Of a stretch of 64,000 nucleotides of DNA, positions 59,001-64,000 are shown one piece after another. The stretch's first letter is position 1, and each line of letters starts with the position of its first letter. The notes under the pieces are model-generated. The model saw nothing but the letters and a program-made list of their open reading frames with translations, did no database searches and had not been told where the DNA came from. A program made the position numbers and the translations under genes. The stretch lies in the NCBI GenBank assembly GCA_051362555.1, contig CM120643.1:16372848-16436847 (forward strand), given 5' to 3'. This stretch comes from Lingula anatina (lineage: Eukaryota > Animalia > Brachiopoda).

Positions 59001-62000
59001 ATTCCTGGGAAAGTTATGTCTTCGTGTTTGTGACCCATCACTATCGGCCCTCCGTCGTGTCACGTCACGCACCTGTTTTATAGGGTGTAGGTTGAGGATA
59101 CCAAGCACAGGCAGAGCTCTATGTTTCCCCGTGTATATACATAATTCATCCTCTTGGCTATATATACCACATGTGTGTCTTTATAAAACAAACACTTCGT
59201 TGTCTATTCCCTGACGCAGGTGAGTTTCGCTTTCTCTTTAAACAACTTACTACGCTTTTCACTTTACCGTCTCATTGCCATACAAAAAGCACTTTCACAC
59301 ATATTCCCTCCTCATGCAAGTGTGTAGTTGTTCATTTATCTTATTCGTAACCTAACCATTCCCAACACCCAGTGACCCTTTACTGTGCATCATGTATACA
59401 TTATACCCTTTCCATCTAACATGCATATAAAACACCCAATTGAACACCATGTTGTGTATACAATGCATACACTATGTGATATACATGTACCAACTCACAT
59501 ATGAGGACCTGGTATATATTATAACAGAATGATAAATGGAAACATGCAAAGGAAATAAATACCTCATGTCGTCGTGACCATGTAACTGTCAGCATCTTCG
59601 TTGAAGGAATGGGAATCTAACTGTATGAAGTCTGTGAATAACATACCTGCTTACTCCCTGGTTGGTGAAATGAGATCAAACACACGGGAACCCCCGCTGC
59701 CGCTGTTACTGCTGGTGGTGCTGCTGGTGGGAGAAATAACCGGAAACTGCGCACGCGTATATGAAATTATTGATGAATAGACTTGTCACTTTCAGAGACC
59801 AGTGAGGTGGACATCACTGCAGGTAGCTCTGCCGAGCAGGTAACAACTTCGGTTAGTTTTCAGGTAGGCAACTTTACATCAAGTTCTAATTCAGCAACAA
59901 AAGTTATAACTGACCGTGGACAGGAAACAACATTGGCAGTTACAGAAACGACAGGTGCTATCACCGATGCCTTGGATGAAACAACACAAGGTCATTCATC
60001 AACAAATGACCAGTCCACAGATGCCATTCCAACCACATCAGAGACCAGAACTATTGTAGGTACTAATTTAGGATTATCCACACAAGAACCGATAGGAACC
60101 AGCCCAGTAACTACCACATCGACTGGGAAGGTGCAACAAACACAACCAATAGGGTCGAACCAGCAGGAAACGACTGTAAAGGCTGGAACACCTGTCACGC
60201 TTACAGGCGAATCGACAGAACCAGACATGACAGAAATTACAACTCAAAAGAATATGAAAATGTCCACAACGCCAGGAGAGACGGAATCTCAGGAAACTGA
60301 AACTACATCAACCGAATCTACCACTTCAGCTGGCTCAGCAGAGATTACGAGTATGTTAGGGGAAGAAACTAATGCAACCAAAATTTCAGATCCACAACTG
60401 TTAACAAAAATATCAACAATAACTACAGCAGCTACCAGCATACAGGGTCATCAAACACCATCCTCCTTAATTACACAAGAAACATTAACAACACCATTGG
60501 TGAAGACATATATAACCACACAGGCAGAGACGACAGTGTCAACAGAAAATACTGTAGCACTTAGTCAGAAAACAGATGTCACTGAAACAAACATGCCAGA
60601 TGCAGCAACACAAGGGATACAAGTTGACAGGACAACAGATATGTCTACGTTGGCCACTCCAGATACAACGTCATCAGTAGACGAATCAGCAGTGACAATG
60701 ATACCTACACCAACAATAGGGACTGATGGTATCGTAGTACACAATGATATGACCACAACAAGAAAAGTAGAAACAACGTTATCTGTTGTCACTACGCCCG
60801 ATGGAACATCAGCTACAAAAACTACACAAACAGCAACAACTACATCACCACCAATCACACAAATAGTTGGAGAACATATCTTGAATGCTACAAAAGAGAC
60901 CCCATTAAAAACAACTGAGGAAATGGAGACCACGGTATTTGCTGAGGCAACACAAGCATCAACAACAACAAACCCAACAGCAGCAACAGGCACTCTTGAT
61001 GGTAAATTAAACAACAAAGAAATGACCACAACAAGAACACCAGATGAAACAACAACGATGCTGCCAACGCCAGAAAATAGTTACAAAGCCTTAGTATCTA
61101 CTGAGACAGTGATAGCTGAAACACAACCACCATCACCAGTAACAACACTCAAAACAGCAACAACAGGTAGTTACAATAACCTTAACAATGCAGAAAGGAC
61201 CAGACCAAAAACAGTTAATATCATTGAAACAACAGTACCTGCTAAGTCAACTCGAGTGAAAGCTGTGACAACAGAAGAAACAACAATGACACCAACAACA
61301 GCAGCAAGTTTAAATTCTTTAAACAATACAAATATGACCAAACCAAAGACAGCAAGTATTCTTGAAACAACAGAATCAGCTGAAGCAACGCAAGTTGAAG
61401 CAACAATGACGCCAAGTGAAAATAAATTAAACAATACGGAAATGACCACATCAAAAGTGATGGGACAACTGAAAACAACAGCAACTGCTGAAAAAGTACA
61501 AGAAACAACAATGACACCAACTGGAGAAGAGGTAACAAGCAATACAGATATGACCTCAACAGAATCAGTTAGGGAGACAGCACAAAAAACAACAACAAAT
61601 ACAGAAATTACTACATCAGAAACAGTGAGGGACCTGGAAACTACTGTGTATGCTGGCACAATTACAGTCAAAGCTGCGACAAGGACCACAGCAGAAACAG
61701 TGGCAGGCAGTGATAACAACTGGAACAACACAGAAATTACAACATCAAAACCAGTTGAGGAATTGGAAACTACAGCATCTTTTGACAGAACACAAGCTAA
61801 GATAAGCATGACAACAACAACAACAACAACAGCAACAGCTAATGGAGGTGTACTAACTCCGCCTTTTGACTGCAATGGTAAAGAAAATACACTTCACCCA
61901 AGTGAAAGTGATTGTACAAACTATTTTCTCTGCTACCTAGATCAATTAGTTGGTCATTTTAAGTGCGCTCCAGAAACATACTTTATTGCACAAGAGCAAC

Positions 62001-64000
62001 GATGCATTACTTTTGAATTTGCCAGTGAGAAGTGCTTTTTCAACGGCACCAGAAAGTCTGATGATTCAGTAAACAGGACAACAGCTTCAATTCCTTCAAC
62101 TCAGCCTTTGTTTACATGTGAGGGAAAGGAAGACGGGCTATATCCTGACCACGAGTCTTGTCTTCGAGGTCACAACTGTACAGATAGTATTGATACAATA
62201 GTCTCATGTAGCGGAAGCAGTTTCTGGGATGCTAATACAAATAACTGTGTCTCATACGATAAAATTACACTGGTGATTGACCAATGCTATGTAATACCTG
62301 ATCATCCAAAGTATGGGCAACGTATACAACTGCAAACAACAATTTCCACCATAACGTATACAACAGGGGTTAGCAGAGACCCTGGTTCTCAAACACTATC
62401 TACATTACCGACACAAAAAACAACAACTCCAGAATTAATCATGACAAATATGACAGCAACAGAACAGACAACTCTGTCGACAGAGAGTGCAGGGAGTCAA
62501 GAGGCTACTGGCACGCTTTCTCCAACAACAACAAAAACAAGTACAAGTGGAAGTACACAGTCAACTATGAAAAGCAGACCTGGCGATGAAACAAGTACAC
62601 AGACAACAACAGCAAACCCTGAAGATTTAAGTACTGTAGAACTAAACAAAGGGCAAACAACGTTCACACCTCCCAATCAAGCAGCACTTTCTACACTACC
62701 TGTTACTGAAACGATATCTGAAAGAACAGGCTCATCATCATCATCATCAAAAATAGTGAATAGTACAGAAAGCTATGCTGTGACAGAGCAAACCAAATCC
62801 ACACCCAGCCAAGCATCGCTCTCCATACCATCTGTTACTGGAACTACATCTATGAGAACGGGATCTACACCATCATCAACATTGGTGAGTAGCACAGAGA
62901 GTTATTATGTGACAAGTGAAATTACCACAAAAATAACAAGAACACCATTTACCAGTATAACAACTAGAGCACCTCCAAGACCAAGTTATGTGTCATTTAC
63001 ATGCCGAGGAAAAACAAGTGGATTCTACCCTCATCCAGAGAACTGCATCAACTACTTCCATTGCAGTGGTGGACGTCTTATAGCTGCAACAAGTTGTGCA
63101 AAAAACACATTCTATGACAAAGATCGGAAAGACTGTCTCCCATATGATTTGGTTCAAGACGAATGTTACCCAGATGGAGTAAGGGTGATTTCAGGAGTCA
63201 CACATATCTATACAACCAGTACTCCTGGAACAAGCACCACTCCACTCTCAACATCTCCGTATAGGGTATCAACTACAACATACAGCAGTACATCAGCAAG
63301 CCAACCTTCACCAACTGACAGTGAGGTCACATGTGCTGATAAGAAGGATGGGATATACGCACTTCAGAATTGTAACATGTATTACCAGTGCACAAGTGGA
63401 AATGCAAAAGTACATCTATGTTCGCCGGCATCTTACTTTGATTCAGCCAGAAAGGCTTGTCTTTGGAAAGTACTTGTAAAAAGCCAGTGTTATTCAAATG
63501 GAACTAGGAAACTGCCTGCCACCACTCCCATACAAACCAGCTCTTCGACTTCATCACCACGCCCATCATCATCATCAATTACTCCTACTACAGGTTTTCA
63601 AATGACTACAGGTAAATTTAAATTACACAACAAAACATTGTGCAGTAATTATAAACACTGTGATGCCCTTTTACATATGCTTTACATACGTTTTACAAAA
63701 GTTTTGGTTGGTTTTTGGTTTGAATGCAATGCACCACATAATAGTCAAATAGGCCTTTATCATTATACTTCATCTAAGAATAATGTTTTAATAATCCCAT
63801 TGCAGGTTCAGACTTAACCTCCAAAGTATCACCAGAAAATTCCATCCCTTTATCCACAACCCAAACCCCCCTCCTGGCATCAATATTGGTTTCTTCTGAA
63901 TTGAGGACGGTCTCAATACCCAAGTCTACCACGACACCTTACTCCTCATATTCTGCTCCATATTCCTCTTACAAACCTGGTTCAAGTTTTACTGCATATA
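44060..64000 (+). CDS. Giant secreted chitin-binding mucin-like protein with 16 peritrophin-A/CBM14-type domains and 2 DOMON domains (partial; continues past right edge)
   Basis: Phase-compatible GT-AG exons: 44060-44120, 45613-45837, 46222-46443, 46854-47078, 47480-47839, 48122-49255, 49458-49696, 49959-50020, 50253-50509, 50990-51487, 52698-52829, 53478-53864, 54117-54230, 55660-56055, 56691-56813, 57574-57761, 58007-58068, 58257-58516, 58803-58829, 59796-63611, 63806->64000 (about 2,990 aa). The N-terminus MVPNICKGNGNLLLALLIFTAG is signal-peptide-like. Joining all exons into one transcript is inferred. Confidence 0.85.
45613..49255 (+). CDS. CBM14/peritrophin-A domains 1-8 with Thr-rich linkers
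   Basis: Six-Cys repeats of the form C-x-(H/D)PxxC-x2-(Y/F)YxC...C-PxG-x-(F/Y)(D/N)-x4-C, e.g. CVPNEIVEHCDCTKFYKCNENSEPREIPCPGGLLFNARQKACDWPYNMRNQC. Confidence 0.9.
46520..46566. repeat. (AATAC)n pentanucleotide repeat
   Basis: Read directly; intronic. Confidence 0.8.
49458..50509 (+). CDS. DOMON domain 1 (3 exons)
   Basis: Translates CAYKATWDYNDQTDDITFTLTATIGLDQWVAIGFSTDKRM|VGSDAITAYITPDGIVRVSDR|YMFFKEEPSSDSQQDL...FSFVRARNTGDVRD...RLRHH. This carries the DOMON signatures W-x-(A/G)IGFS-x4-M-x-GSD, V-x-D-R, FxRxxxTGD-x2-D and a distal His. Confidence 0.85.
50990..51487 (+). CDS. Arg/Thr/Pro-rich mucin exon with tandem TTTTRPTTTTRR repeats
   Basis: About 10 imperfect ~36-nt units between ~51079 and 51440; phase 1-1 exon ending at donor GTAAGA at 51488. 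Confidence 0.85.
53478..56055 (+). CDS. Two paralogous exons, each encoding a tandem pair of CBM14-like domains (domains 9-12)
   Basis: Exons 53478-53864 and 55660-56055 share the C-x2-KG-x2-W-x2-D-x2-DC-x3-HQC and LF(V/I)PHP(M/T)NCSLWYSC-x4-PTE motifs. Confidence 0.85.
57574..58516 (+). CDS. DOMON domain 2 (3 exons)
   Basis: Translates DCAYRVSWQLNDATDEIRFTLEGARQGEWMGIGFSQDRKM|PASDAMIAYYNSNGQATVSDR|WMYAYAKPTPDTSQ...FNRPRRTGDGAD...LNYHSFRAVSQEKICIKSC. Intron positions and the 62-nt middle exon match DOMON 1. Confidence 0.85.
59796..63611 (+). CDS. 3.8-kb exon: Thr/Glu/Ser-rich mucin plus CBM14-like domains 13-16
   Basis: 1344-aa ORF in the track; acceptor TTTCAG at 59795 and donor G|GTAAAT at 63612. 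Four six-Cys domains start FDCNGKE, FTCEGKEDG, FTCRGKTSG and VTCADKKDG. Confidence 0.88.
63806..64000 (+). CDS. Next Ser/Thr/Pro-rich exon (truncated by window end)
   Basis: Acceptor TTGCAG at 63805; the phase-1 frame GSDLTSKVSPENSIPLSTTQTPLL...TPYSSYSAPYSSYKPGSSFTAY is open to 64000. Confidence 0.65.

Overview
AT-rich, intron-containing animal DNA. A lophotrochozoan such as a mollusc is a reasonable guess from gene content, but the species cannot be determined from the sequence. Three multi-exon genes can be rebuilt by hand from GT-AG junctions that stay in phase. (1) Minus strand, from ~11.9 kb to beyond the left edge: a type II membrane protein with a cytoplasmic tail, TM segment, SEA domain, Thr-rich stalk and at least 10 single-exon LDL-receptor class A repeats. 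(2) Minus strand, 27197-21003: a complete 9-exon, 448-aa secreted proteinase K-like S8A subtilase with an I9-like prodomain and an intact Asp/His/Ser triad. (3) Plus strand, from 44060 to beyond the right edge: a secreted protein of about 2,990 aa within the window, with 16 peritrophin-A/CBM14-type chitin-binding domains, several Thr-rich mucin tracts and two DOMON domains that keep the Met/His residues used as heme ligands. Two identical tRNA-Gly(TCC) genes lie between genes 2 and 3. Several MITE-like inverted-repeat elements and microsatellites are also present. The most interesting signal is the chitin-binding mucin carrying putative heme-DOMON modules, a candidate chitin-targeted extracellular electron-transfer protein.
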